64,000 nucleotides of DNA. Origin: a virus. The notes under the pieces are model-generated. The model searched no databases and was not told the DNA's origin. It saw nothing but the letters and a program-made list of their open reading frames with translations. The DNA lies in the IMG/VR virus record IMGVR_UViG_3300032516_000005; one strand, 5' to 3'. Position 1 is the first letter of the stretch. Each line of letters begins with the position of its first letter. Shown here piece by piece: positions 26,656 through 36,079 of this stretch. Both the position numbers and the translations under genes were made by a program.

Positions 26656-28515
26656 ATGCGTGCAGCCATCCTTGAAACCTACGACGACGTCACAGGTGCA
26701 GCTCCTGGGCTGTATATCGTTCGGTCGGACGCAGACGCGTACTTTCCCGCGCTGGCTCAGATCGAAGCAGGAGAAGCGAAGTTCCGTGGTGAGTCGTATG
26801 ACGACGCCGGTCGCAAGATGGTCGTGTTTTCTATCGTCCCACATCCCGCACATGGCGGATTTGGTGCGCTGGGTGTCGACCCCGGCCTTCGTCAGATGGA
26901 TCTCGATCCCGCGTACTTCCTGACAGTGTTGAAGGAGTACAAGGATTGGCAGATCAAGTGGTGGCGTGAAGGTGCGCAGAACAGCGTCGATGCGGGTGCG
27001 CAGAGTGTCGCTTTCACAGCCGAGCAAAACAGCGACGGTACCTGGACGTGCGTCGTCGAAGATAACGGCTCCGGTATGACCGAGGAGATCCTCGTCACCA
27101 AATTTCTTCGCCTGGGGGCAACAACAAAAGTCGGTGCAGAAGGCGTCGCAGGCGGCTTCGGTAAGGCCAAGGAGCTACTGCTCCTGCCGTGGATTGGCTG
27201 GCGCGTCCATACGCGCAACATCATCGCGGAAGGCGCGGGCAATCAGTACAGCTTGCAGGAAGCGCCGTACTTTCAAGGTACGCGGCTCGAAGTCATCATG
27301 CCCGCGGATCAGCACACCGACACTGCTTCGGCGATTGCCTTCATCGAGCGTAGTTACCTGCCGCAGGTTCATTTCACCGTGAACGGCGAAACTTGCGACG
27401 CGGCGCTGATCGGCGACAATCCCGTTGGCAGCCTTCCAGGGAAGGTCGACTTCTTCTTCACTCCTCGGATGGGCGTGTCGAACTACTGCATGTTTGTACG
27501 GACACGTGGTTTGTATATGTTCGATCTCTACGTCGGGAAGATCCCCGGCTACTTGCTCGTTGAGCTGACGGCACCGTCGATCGAGATCTTGACGGCCAAC
27601 CGCGATGGGTTCCGCGACTCCGACGTCAAACGGGCGGTGGAACGTCTGGCTGAGAAGATCGCAAAGGACAACATCTCGGCGCTCAAGAGCCAGCGCGGCC
27701 TCATCCGCCAGAAGTTCTCGGGGACGGGTAAGTTTCGTGCGAAGCAACTCGCTGCCGAAATGCTCGAACAGATCGGTCCGACGAGCGAAACCATTTCATC
27801 GAGCACCGTAGAAACCCTCATGGCGGTGCTCCATGACCGTGAAGTGCTTACGCGGCGAGGGGCGTCGTCGGCGTCGTCGTCGTTACCGTCGACCGCAACT
27901 GCACAGGTGCTTCTCGATCAGGTATTCACCGGACCGAATCATATCGAAGCTGCGATCAAGCAGCTCGTGTGGGAACCCGACTTCTACATCATCAACGACA
28001 TCGAAAACTTCAAAGTCCCTGCGAGGTTCTTCCCCGCGACACTGTCCCCGCGCGTGCTAAAGCTCGCCAAAACGTGGGTTGAGCTAGTTCGTTACGTGAT
28101 GATGCAACTCGGCACCACGCGTGAGTTCGGTGTCGGCTGGGTGTTCTCGACAGATATGGCGGCCGCCGCCGCGACCACAGGCACCTATGAAGCGGCTGAT
28201 TGGGGCATCTCACCAGGAGAAAGCTGGATCCTCTTGAACCCGTTCCGCAACATGCACAGCGGCGAGATCTGGCGACCCACGAACAACGCGGACCTCAAGT
28301 GGCTTTACGCGGCTGCCGTCCATGAGTGTACGCACATCGCCGACGGAATTTCGTATCACGACGAGAGCTTCGCGCGAGCGCTGACGTACAACGTCGCCAA
28401 AACCGCTGACGGCTACCGTAAGATTCGCAAAATCGTCGCGGGGATCAAGATGGCGGGCGGTGCCGATCTCGGCGGGTACGACGACGATGACTACGACTAC
28501 GACTACGCCGACTGA
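26656..28515 (+). CDS. GHKL ATPase with C-terminal HExxH zincin motif
   Basis: REGAQNSVDA, EDNGSGM, GGFGKAK, GT; VHECTH..HDESF. Confidence 0.8.
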   Translation: MRAAILETYDDVTGAAPGLYIVRSDADAYFPALAQIEAGEAKFRGESYDDAGRKMVVFSIVPHPAHGGFGALGVDPGLRQMDLDPAYFLTVLKEYKDWQIKWWREGAQNSVDAGAQSVAFTAEQNSDGTWTCVVEDNGSGMTEEILVTKFLRLGATTKVGAEGVAGGFGKAKELLLLPWIGWRVHTRNIIAEGAGNQYSLQEAPYFQGTRLEVIMPADQHTDTASAIAFIERSYLPQVHFTVNGETCDAALIGDNPVGSLPGKVDFFFTPRMGVSNYCMFVRTRGLYMFDLYVGKIPGYLLVELTAPSIEILTANRDGFRDSDVKRAVERLAEKIAKDNISALKSQRGLIRQKFSGTGKFRAKQLAAEMLEQIGPTSETISSSTVETLMAVLHDREVLTRRGASSASSSLPSTATAQVLLDQVFTGPNHIEAAIKQLVWEPDFYIINDIENFKVPARFFPATLSPRVLKLAKTWVELVRYVMMQLGTTREFGVGWVFSTDMAAAAATTGTYEAADWGISPGESWILLNPFRNMHSGEIWRPTNNADLKWLYAAAVHECTHIADGISYHDESFARALTYNVAKTADGYRKIRKIVAGIKMAGGADLGGYDDDDYDYDYAD

Positions 28516-28517
28516 CG

Positions 28518-28895
28518 CTACCGGCGCTTGCGGCGCCCGGCGCCTGCCAACGGGCTCGCTGGCTTGGTGTCGGTCGTGAACACCGTGACCAGCTCACCTC
28601 CACCGGGTGTCGACCGCCGGCTGATCGCGCTGTCATGACCGCGCTTCTTGAGCTTTGCTGCGATCGTTGCAGGCGTCTGGATGTTGCCCATCACCGAGAA
28701 GTCTTCTAGCCATTCAGCCGGCGTGACTTCGAGCGGCTTCTTGAGACAGAGGCTGAACTTTGACGTGGGACCGTACGTCTTGGCGAACATCTCGTTGCTG
28801 ATGAAGTAGCTCGGGCCGCTGGGCGGGCCGGGAACTCGCGCGCCGCGGTACATCGGTTCGAGTACCAATGCGCAGGCCTTCGTCTTCGGTGGCAT
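28518..28895 (-). CDS. putative ART-fold protein with LAG+basic tail
   Basis: MYRGA..SYF.SN..FAKTYG..L.LKKPL..RGHDS; ends LAGAGRRKRR. Confidence 0.55.
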   Translation of the reverse strand: MPPKTKACALVLEPMYRGARVPGPPSGPSYFISNEMFAKTYGPTSKFSLCLKKPLEVTPAEWLEDFSVMGNIQTPATIAAKLKKRGHDSAISRRSTPGGGELVTVFTTDTKPASPLAGAGRRKRR

Positions 28896-28953
28896 GCCCA
28901 ACGCTATCACGCTGCCAATCGAGCCGCATCGGTGACGTGAAAGCGCGACTGCA

Positions 28954-29901
28954 TCAAGCAACCCGCCGCTTGCGAAAGTGCCGCACACCCAGCGCGGTAC
29001 CGCCAATGGCGACGGCGCCAATCACGAGCCAGCCGATGAACGGAAACGCGCGCTTTGGCGGTTCGCGCTTCGTCTCGCGCTGACCGGCACGACACTGCTC
29101 CATGAGCTTGATACGGTTTTCGACCGTGTCCTGGTTCGCAGGAAGATCGCGCAGTGCTTTATTGATGCACCCATTGAGCGCTTCCTGTGCTTTCGCCTCC
29201 TGTTCGCCGATGACGATCTGCATTTCGCGCAGGAGGCCATCTCTGTCTGCCCCCGTGAACACTCTCAGGATGTCCTTGGTGTCGGACAACAACAGGTGCG
29301 TGCCACCGATCACGATGATCGCACCAATGGTGCAACCGAGAAATGCCCACGGTCCGGCAAGGCAGAGCGCTGCAACGCCGTTCAATCCCGCGCGCTGACG
29401 TTCGATGTCCGTTGGGCATACGCGTCCACCGGGCCCGGAGATCTTCAGGCCCTTCATGTCGATACGGCCGGAGCCGTCAGGTAGACATTTCAGGTCAGCC
29501 TTGATGAACTCGGTACCTGTCTGCGGATCGAACCGCACGCCTGCGTCATGCGCGAACAGCGGCGGGAACGGTGGATCTGCAGGGAGGTTCGGCGCGCCCG
29601 CTTTGCGCAGTGCTTCAGAGACACCGCCCACACGAAGTTTTTCGAGGAAGAGGCTCTGCAACTCGAACAGCTTGATCGATTGGCTGTTGAAGTTTTGAAC
29701 TTCAGCGCAGTTCGCGACCCCGAGGACGATCTGGTGCAAGATCGCGTTGTGCCACCGGAGGACCGACGCTTCGGACTCGACCATCCACGCCAGGAATTGG
29801 TCGACGAAGGTCTTGACCTCTTCCGGCGAACTGAAGGCAGAGACTTGACCGAGTGTCCGCTGGCCAAAGGTGGCGTGGCCGGTCCAGGTAGTCGTGAGCA
29901 T
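28954..29901 (-). CDS. membrane protein with C-terminal TM and basic tail
   Basis: two hydrophobic segments; ATG 29901 follows the palindrome at 29919-29934. Confidence 0.65.
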   Translation of the reverse strand: MLTTTWTGHATFGQRTLGQVSAFSSPEEVKTFVDQFLAWMVESEASVLRWHNAILHQIVLGVANCAEVQNFNSQSIKLFELQSLFLEKLRVGGVSEALRKAGAPNLPADPPFPPLFAHDAGVRFDPQTGTEFIKADLKCLPDGSGRIDMKGLKISGPGGRVCPTDIERQRAGLNGVAALCLAGPWAFLGCTIGAIIVIGGTHLLLSDTKDILRVFTGADRDGLLREMQIVIGEQEAKAQEALNGCINKALRDLPANQDTVENRIKLMEQCRAGQRETKREPPKRAFPFIGWLVIGAVAIGGTALGVRHFRKRRVA

Positions 29902-29986
29902 GCTGCCATCTAAGCATTGATCGCGTGCGCGATCCAGCTTGCGTAGCGCTACGTCAGCGACACTGTCGCCTGATAGACTGCGCGGC

Positions 29987-30700
29987 ATGTCCAAGTGCAT
30001 CAGCGTTATCTGTACCGTTCTGCTTCTCGGTTGTCGGCCGTGTCCAACACCTGCACCGACGCCAACGCCAACGCCCGTGCTGCCTGCGGACGCAGCCGTG
30101 CCGGTGCAAGGCACCCAGGTGACGCTGACGATGGCGCAAGTCGCGCTCGCGAATCCCGCGACCACATCGGTCTACTTCAGCTTCGGCGCAGATTCGAAGA
30201 TCCAAGCAGCCGATTGGGCGAGCTTCTGTACCATGACGAGCCCGCTGACCTGCAACTTCACGATGACAGGATCGCAAGCGCTACCCAACCCGCAGGGCAA
30301 GTACCTCAACGTGACGTTGGCGTTCGGTGCGGCTGTTGGTTGCGGTGGGACCAAGGCTGAGATCAACGTCAACAACCCGACCTGGTTCGACATCCTCGAC
30401 GTCAGCCTGGTCGACGGCTACTCGAACAAGATCGAGATCGACTACACGCCGCCAGGCGGCACGACCGCGACGAAGCTCGGACCGCCGCTTGGCAAAGACG
30501 GCAACGAGAAGGTCTTGGGCGTCTTCCCCTACGGCTGCGACATCTGCACCGCGCGCCAAAAGCCACCGTGCGGGATCGCGGCCGGTGGCACCGGTTGCAA
30601 AGCCGGTACGCAGTACAAGCCCGACGTCCCGTGTCAGTTCCAAGGCGCTGTCAAAGGCGGCGGTGGGACCGTCGTCGTGACGCTGTTGTCGACGCGCTAG
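29987..30700 (+). CDS. thaumatin-like lipoprotein
   Basis: lipobox-like LLLGC, PT linker, DVSLVDGY thaumatin motif, Cys-rich C-terminus. Confidence 0.65.
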   Translation: MSKCISVICTVLLLGCRPCPTPAPTPTPTPVLPADAAVPVQGTQVTLTMAQVALANPATTSVYFSFGADSKIQAADWASFCTMTSPLTCNFTMTGSQALPNPQGKYLNVTLAFGAAVGCGGTKAEINVNNPTWFDILDVSLVDGYSNKIEIDYTPPGGTTATKLGPPLGKDGNEKVLGVFPYGCDICTARQKPPCGIAAGGTGCKAGTQYKPDVPCQFQGAVKGGGGTVVVTLLSTR

Positions 30701-30982
30701 ATGATCACGGTCAATTGCCTGTGCGGTGAACGGCTCAAGATCGACGCCGCGTACGCGAAAACGCAGCTACGTTGGAAGGGCTTGTTCGGCTTCGGGCAGC
30801 ACGTGAGTGATCCCAAGGCGTTCGTCATGCGCTGGCTCGTGACCGTTCATGGCTGGAGCTACACGGGCGGCCGCATCGCCAAGACGACGTTGACGATGAC
30901 GTGTCCGCGGTGCTGCGCGAAGTCACCGAAGTTGCCTGACGACGACCTAGACGTCGATCCAGTCGCTCATTTTGGGCCGTAG
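30701..30982 (+). CDS. small Cys-containing protein
   Basis: CLCG..CPRC; abuts the previous gene. Confidence 0.5.
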   Translation: MITVNCLCGERLKIDAAYAKTQLRWKGLFGFGQHVSDPKAFVMRWLVTVHGWSYTGGRIAKTTLTMTCPRCCAKSPKLPDDDLDVDPVAHFGP

Positions 30983-31708
30983 TCGTTCGTACGTGTTGAG
31001 CGCCGCGTCGGCGGTTGCCTTGCGAACACTGGGCAGCTTGATCTTCATGTCTTCGATCAGGTCGCCAGGAACGTCGCCGACCACGTCGTACCCGCCGCCG
31101 GCACGTCGCTTGATCAAGTCGATCCGCGCGATGTGATCGTAGAGCGACCGCGCAGCCGAGAGTGAGAAACAGACCTCGGTGGCGTCGCGCTGCATCGAGT
31201 CGCGATCGCTGTACATGACCCCGCCAGGCATGTCGTGCAGCACGAGGATGTAGCTGGTGACGCGCAGCTTGGCCGCACTCGTGTTGGCCTGCTTCGCGAG
31301 CCCGTAGATCGCCTTGCGATACGCGTCCCCGAGCTTCGTCTTCAACTCGCGCGTGACCGTGTAAGCCCGGTGGGTCTCGCGATCGTGCGGCCAGACGTGA
31401 TTCTGTTGATCGGCTTGCAGCTTGTCGTACGCCGCATCATGAATTTTGTAGAGCTGATCGAGTGCAGCGTGGATCGGCTTCCACGTCGGTAGGCCCTGCA
31501 TGTAGCGCAGATAATCTTCGCCGCTGTGGATGATCGGGGCGATCGAGTCGCCGAACCACACGTGACAATCCTCGCCGCGGCGACGGTCGCCCGCGAACTC
31601 GCCGCCACGGCCACGCACTTCGCGCGTCTCCAGGATGTCCACCATCTCCCACGGTGAGACGGACCGGAACAGGACACGCAGGCGATTGGGGCCCTTGTCA
31701 GCTAACAC
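30947..31708 (-). CDS. hypothetical protein, possible ART fold
   Basis: GTG 31708 is 7 nt after TAGCPT-type box TAGCCT; LFRSVS.WE..DI. Confidence 0.55.
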   Translation of the reverse strand: MLADKGPNRLRVLFRSVSPWEMVDILETREVRGRGGEFAGDRRRGEDCHVWFGDSIAPIIHSGEDYLRYMQGLPTWKPIHAALDQLYKIHDAAYDKLQADQQNHVWPHDRETHRAYTVTRELKTKLGDAYRKAIYGLAKQANTSAAKLRVTSYILVLHDMPGGVMYSDRDSMQRDATEVCFSLSAARSLYDHIARIDLIKRRAGGGYDVVGDVPGDLIEDMKIKLPSVRKATADAALNTYERLRPKMSDWIDV

Positions 31709-31724
31709 GGTTTCGAGGCTACCA

Positions 31725-31740
31725 GATCGTGTCCGCGATC
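31725..31740. promoter_or_regulatory. bidirectional palindromic promoter element
   Basis: GATCGTGTCCGCGATC with TAGGAT-6nt-GTG(31757,+) and TAGCCT-7nt-GTG(31708,-). Confidence 0.7.
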
Positions 31741-31756
31741 GGTGTAGGATGCCCCC

Positions 31757-32014
31757 GTGACCGCGCCAAGCCCATCTGACCACGTCGTGCTCGCCGTACT
31801 CTGCGATCGCTGTGAGGGGCAGCTGGTTGTCGAGGGTGCGACCCGCGAAGATGCCCGCGGGAAGCTGCGTAGCGCGATTGTTGCCGCTCGGTGGCGCGTA
31901 GTCGATCGGCTCGAAGGCGAACTCGAAGCGGCGGTACAGCTCACTGGCCAGGCGTCGTCGACGATGATTGACGCGCTGGACTTGTGCAGCGCCTGCGCAA
32001 AGACGTTGCTCTAG
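31757..32014 (+). CDS. small Zn-finger protein
   Basis: CDRC..DLCSAC. Confidence 0.6.
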   Translation: MTAPSPSDHVVLAVLCDRCEGQLVVEGATREDARGKLRSAIVAARWRVVDRLEGELEAAVQLTGQASSTMIDALDLCSACAKTLL

Positions 32015-32859
32015 CGCTTCGTCCGCACGCACGCGGCGACTTCTTGCGCGAGCTGATCAAAGAACCTCTCGCCGTCAGGCGTGACCTCGCACAGAATTTC
32101 TGGACGCTCGAACTGGTGGGTGTGTTTCTTGAAACGGGCCAAGGGCAACACCAAAGCCAACACGGGCAGCCCAAGCACCTGGCTCGGGTTTGTCTCGACG
32201 CCGATACCCAGCTCGGGGATCTCAACCCAGATGTGCGCGACACGGCGCTTGGTGTCCCACTCACGGGCGCGGCCCTGCATGACGACTGCTTCGTAGCCGA
32301 GATACTCGACAACGCGTGCGGTGAGCATCGTGACGTTGCGGCAGCCTGTGAAGATGATCAGGTTCGGCCGTATAGCGCTGCCGAGGCAGAAGTCCAGCCA
32401 ACGTTCGACCCGGCGTGGTGTTGCTTTTCGAGGCGTTCCCGCGAGCCCCGCGTCGCGTTGTGTTGTTCCCATCACGAGCGCATCGACGTATCGCTGTCTA
32501 CGCTGAATCGCCAGCATGACACGATGGTGCCCGTCGTGGACGAACCACACGTCTTCACCGATTTGTGGATCGTGCCCGTCGAGGAACGGATACTTCTCCT
32601 GTGGATAATCGACTTCCTCGACTTCAAAAGGACCGTTTACGATGACCGGCGGCAGCTCGTAGCCCTCGCTTTCAAGTTCCGCTAGCTCGTCGACACGTTC
32701 TTGGCTGATCGGATTCATGAACGGTGATGCGATCTGCTGCACTGGTACACGCTCGCGTCGATAGTTGCGCGCGTAGTATGGGGGCTGTCCGTATTCGGGA
32801 TCCCAGGCAGCACGGAACGTGTCCTTGAGCGAGGTCAGTTGATCGCGGCGGCGCGTCAT
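32011..32859 (-). CDS. ParB-like domain fused via GLAG to a transglutaminase/papain-like domain
   Basis: LPPVIV..HDGHHR; then GC..LG..HIWVE. Confidence 0.6.
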   Translation of the reverse strand: MTRRRDQLTSLKDTFRAAWDPEYGQPPYYARNYRRERVPVQQIASPFMNPISQERVDELAELESEGYELPPVIVNGPFEVEEVDYPQEKYPFLDGHDPQIGEDVWFVHDGHHRVMLAIQRRQRYVDALVMGTTQRDAGLAGTPRKATPRRVERWLDFCLGSAIRPNLIIFTGCRNVTMLTARVVEYLGYEAVVMQGRAREWDTKRRVAHIWVEIPELGIGVETNPSQVLGLPVLALVLPLARFKKHTHQFERPEILCEVTPDGERFFDQLAQEVAACVRTKR

Positions 32860-33092
32860 GCAGGCGCGCCGGTCGCGTCGACCCACTGCGTGCCGTCCCA
32901 CCAGATGGGCCGACCTGTTAGACCCAAACTCTGATCGAACACCATCGTGCCGATCTTGAGCCCCGGTGGACCGAGGGTTTCACGGTGCTCGCGCGCCTGT
33001 GCGTCGTACCAATCCATCTGGCGCAGCGAGACGTAACAAGGCCCGATACGGGCAAGCCAAGTGTTGTCGGATTCGTTCCAGGCGACGCGCAT
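32856..33092 (-). CDS. small structural-type protein
   Basis: GTMVFD..L.GRPIWWDGTQWVDATG, a motif typical of fibre C-termini. Confidence 0.6.
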   Translation of the reverse strand: MRVAWNESDNTWLARIGPCYVSLRQMDWYDAQAREHRETLGPPGLKIGTMVFDQSLGLTGRPIWWDGTQWVDATGAPA

Positions 33093-33195
33093 GGTTCTAG
33101 TTGACGCGCTTCAGGTCGTGGAGTCTGGCATCAGGCCACGCGGAGCGGTTCGATTCGGGAGAATCCATGACGTTGACGGTATCATTTGCAAGTAC

Positions 33196-33211
33196 GATCG
33201 CGCGCGCGATC
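33196..33211 (+). promoter_or_regulatory. palindromic promoter element
   Basis: perfect palindrome, then TATGAT; gene 33252 has an AAGGAG RBS. Confidence 0.65.
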
Positions 33212-33251
33212 AGCCTTATGATAAGCTTGGCCGTAGAAAAGGAGACATCTC

Positions 33252-33620
33252 ATGGGACGCAAAGCAGGAACACTTCTCTGGAATCGCCTACGGCTTCCGA
33301 CCATTCCCGGTGCAGTCAACGGCGGCCCACCTGGCACGCTCGACGTCGACACGGGGCTTACCCAAGTGAACCAGTCCTTCCCGGACATGTCACTTGGCGA
33401 GCCGAGTTTCGGCAATCCGTCGCGTGTGCAGGTGATCCCGATGGCACCGACAACCAAATGGGCCAACATCTCGCACGGTGAACCGTTCCTCAATCTCACG
33501 ACCAACACGATCCACATCGTGTTCAGCAACACGGGTGGTGCAATCACGGACCTCAACGTCCTGTGCTGGGATCCACACTCGATGGTCGGGCCGGGCGCCG
33601 CTGCGACCTACAACCCGTAG
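33252..33620 (+). CDS. putative virion protein, paralog of 58956..59363
   Basis: MG.KAG.LLWNR, DTGLTQVN.SF, HGEPF, WDPHS.VGPG.A.TYNP. Confidence 0.75.
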   Translation: MGRKAGTLLWNRLRLPTIPGAVNGGPPGTLDVDTGLTQVNQSFPDMSLGEPSFGNPSRVQVIPMAPTTKWANISHGEPFLNLTTNTIHIVFSNTGGAITDLNVLCWDPHSMVGPGAAATYNP

Positions 33621-33621
33621 G

Positions 33622-34344
33622 TCAGCGTTCGCAAGGTAGGGGCGCAGCCAGGAGCTGCACGATCTGGTCAACGGTGACGCCCTCGGTGTTTGTTGACCAG
33701 AATTGCAGGTCCGTATGATCGGACATGTGATTCGTCGTGTGCCGAACGATGACGTAGTCCCGCGCACCGAAGACCGCAACGATGACGTCGTGCGGCTCAC
33801 CGAACCAGCGCCAGCATCCATTGGGGTCGACCGTTTCGTCCCACGGCAAGCGCTCCCAAAATCGGCGCCGGAACGCGATCGCGGCGTCAGTGAACACGCG
33901 CAAGCGTAACCCGTGCAGGTTGACGTGCTGCGTGCGTGTCAGCGTTTGCGTCGGTTGGTCAAACCAAAGCAGTGGGCAGAAAATGCACGCATCGGCGGTA
34001 GGCTGTGCGAGCAGCGGCTCGACCTGTCGTTGTAACTGCCCCGGGCCGTGATAGTCGTCGTCGTCCCAGGTGAAGTAGATCGCGTCAGGATCTTGCGCGA
34101 TCGCTGCGCGCATCATGCGGTTGCGTTTGACCGGCAACTTCACAGGTTCGTGGCAGACGAACACGACGTCGTCACGTGCAGCAAGCTGCGCGCACAACGG
34201 CAGCTGGCGTGCCTTGTCGCTGTCGTCATAAATGTAGAGCGTCTTGGGGCCGGCGTAGACCTGCGCAAAGAACATGTGCGCGGCACGATGCGCCCACGCG
34301 GGACGGTTGCGAGTCGCGAGCAGACCGATTACATGAGGCCACAT
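33622..34344 (-). CDS. glycosyltransferase family 2
   Basis: TRNR, IYDDS, KRN, WDDDD (DxD). Confidence 0.8.
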   Translation of the reverse strand: MWPHVIGLLATRNRPAWAHRAAHMFFAQVYAGPKTLYIYDDSDKARQLPLCAQLAARDDVVFVCHEPVKLPVKRNRMMRAAIAQDPDAIYFTWDDDDYHGPGQLQRQVEPLLAQPTADACIFCPLLWFDQPTQTLTRTQHVNLHGLRLRVFTDAAIAFRRRFWERLPWDETVDPNGCWRWFGEPHDVIVAVFGARDYVIVRHTTNHMSDHTDLQFWSTNTEGVTVDQIVQLLAAPLPCER

Positions 34345-34382
34345 CGTGCTGTACTAACACGCGCTGTCGCGCCACGTAATTA

Positions 34383-34478
34383 AAGGATCAGGCCGGAAAC
34401 TTTAAGGTCCGACCAACGAAGTAAAATTTCTTTGTGAGTTCGCCGGGGATCGAACCCGGGTGCGCAGGTCAGATCATT
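34383..34478 (-). ncRNA. candidate tRNA-like ncRNA (T-arm in non-canonical context)
   Basis: CCGGG-TTCGATC-CCCGG T-arm; partly complementary ends; TTGACA at 34514-34509 upstream; intergenic. Confidence 0.35.
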
Positions 34479-34510
34479 GTGAGAGCACATGTGACCCGCT
34501 GGGGACGCTG

Positions 34511-34804
34511 TCAAGCGGGGACCTTCACGGACGCTGGAAACGCGACGAGAAAGACCGGCGTCTGCGCGCCCATCCATGCACCTTCGACGTTGAACGCGAA
34601 GAACTCTTCGGCGTCGTCTTCGGTCATGCCGTCGCGTGTCATCAGTACGGCGATGCAGCGTGCGCGGTCGTAACAAGCAACGGGCTCGCGCTGCATACCC
34701 GCCACGACGCCAATGAACGCGTCCTCGAAGCCATCAGCGAGCAAGAATCCCTCGTCGGGACAGGTCTCAATGAGCCATTCGTTGATCTCGTCACGGGTCA
34801 TCAA
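34511..34804 (-). CDS. conserved phage protein
   Basis: ADGFEDAFIG..YD..C..LM.RDGM..DA.EFF.FN..GAW.G..TP. Confidence 0.75.
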   Translation of the reverse strand: MMTRDEINEWLIETCPDEGFLLADGFEDAFIGVVAGMQREPVACYDRARCIAVLMTRDGMTEDDAEEFFAFNVEGAWMGAQTPVFLVAFPASVKVPA

Positions 34805-35433
34805 TTCTTCTCCCGTGGTGCGTCGGTCACGATGTCATGGGCAAGCCTGAAGTGCCCAACGGACATTGCAGCCAGTGCAGCGTCGCGCCGGTTCACGTCG
34901 ATCTCGGTGTCACTGTTGGCGGCGACCGCGGATTCCATCAGGTCGTTCATCGTCAAGCCGATGTTGAGTGCCGCGCTTTCGATCTCGTGCACGATGCCCT
35001 TGGCGCGCTGGTAGGCGTGCCAGGCAGCTTTGCCGTCGGAGTTGTCGTGGAACTTCACACCCGACGCAAACCCTGGCTGCGGGTCATGACCTGCCCAGCA
35101 ACCGATGACCTCACAGATCGCATTTGCCGCGAGGCGCGAGAGGTGCGCACGCGACTCGGGGCGCGTGCCCATGCGTGCCGGATGGTTGCCACCGGGCGGT
35201 GTCGTGATGAGCTTGTTGAGCAGCGCGCCCGTGTTTGCGTCGAGAATCATCGCTGCAGCGTCGAGAACCTCCTCGGTGCAGCGATGCGGTTGCGGTGTCA
35301 AGCGCACGATGATCGCACGCAGGTACCGCACGAAATGCGGATAGCCCCAGACGCCAAGTTCACGTTCGTTCGCCACGTACGCCTCCAGGTCTCGCACGAG
35401 ATTGCCCGTCGAAGGTGGGCGCATCAGTGTCAT
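34801..35433 (-). CDS. hypothetical protein
   Basis: TATAAC/TAACGC-type -10 just upstream; operon fit. Confidence 0.6.
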   Translation of the reverse strand: MTLMRPPSTGNLVRDLEAYVANERELGVWGYPHFVRYLRAIIVRLTPQPHRCTEEVLDAAAMILDANTGALLNKLITTPPGGNHPARMGTRPESRAHLSRLAANAICEVIGCWAGHDPQPGFASGVKFHDNSDGKAAWHAYQRAKGIVHEIESAALNIGLTMNDLMESAVAANSDTEIDVNRRDAALAAMSVGHFRLAHDIVTDAPREKN

Positions 35434-35443
35434 AGCAAGAGCG

Positions 35444-36079
35444 TTATACCATCAGCCCGAACGAACGCAGCAACGGACCGACAGCAGCCACACGGTCACG
35501 GGTGTATTCCGGGATCTCGGATGCTTCGCCAGTCTTCTCGGCGTTCGCGAACACGTTCGGCGTCAGCAACCGCAACGTTCGAGCGCCGGGCGCGAGATCG
35601 CGTCCTGCGGCAGCTTCTGCCAGCGCGAACGCCTGCAGCTCGCGCCAGTTGGTCGGTCCGCGGCCATTCACGCGTTGAAACGCATTGACGGCAACCGACG
35701 GCATCGAGAACGCGCCGTGGAAGAGCTTGGTGAGCTTCCAGAAGTCGCGGCCGTGCCAGTCCTCGCCGACGGCCTTCAGGACCTTCTTGGCTTGGAATGC
35801 GTAGAGCTTGACCATCCTGACGCCGATACGCAGCGCCAGATCGGTGTCGGTCGTCAGGCGCTGGAACTCGTCGTCGGTGAGCCCCAGAAACGACACCTCA
35901 TCGGGATGGACCTGGAACAGGCCGCGTTCGCCAAGGCTGGTCGTGATCTGCGGCTGCCCGCCGGATTCGGTGTCGATCCACGCGAGCAACGCGTCGACAG
36001 GAACCCACTCGGCAACCTTCGAGACACGCTTACGCCATCGTTCGGTGGTTGCGCCACCCTTGGGCCAGTTCTTCGCCAT
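35444..36079 (-). CDS. lytic transglycosylase (SLT-like)
   Basis: IDTESGG...ERGLFQV. Confidence 0.75.
   Translation of the reverse strand: MAKNWPKGGATTERWRKRVSKVAEWVPVDALLAWIDTESGGQPQITTSLGERGLFQVHPDEVSFLGLTDDEFQRLTTDTDLALRIGVRMVKLYAFQAKKVLKAVGEDWHGRDFWKLTKLFHGAFSMPSVAVNAFQRVNGRGPTNWRELQAFALAEAAAGRDLAPGARTLRLLTPNVFANAEKTGEASEIPEYTRDRVAAVGPLLRSFGLMV

Noticed and set aside
34430-34510. Canonical tRNA or tmRNA
   Set aside because: T-arm present, but no matching 5' acceptor strand, D arm, anticodon arm or tmRNA G3-U70 end
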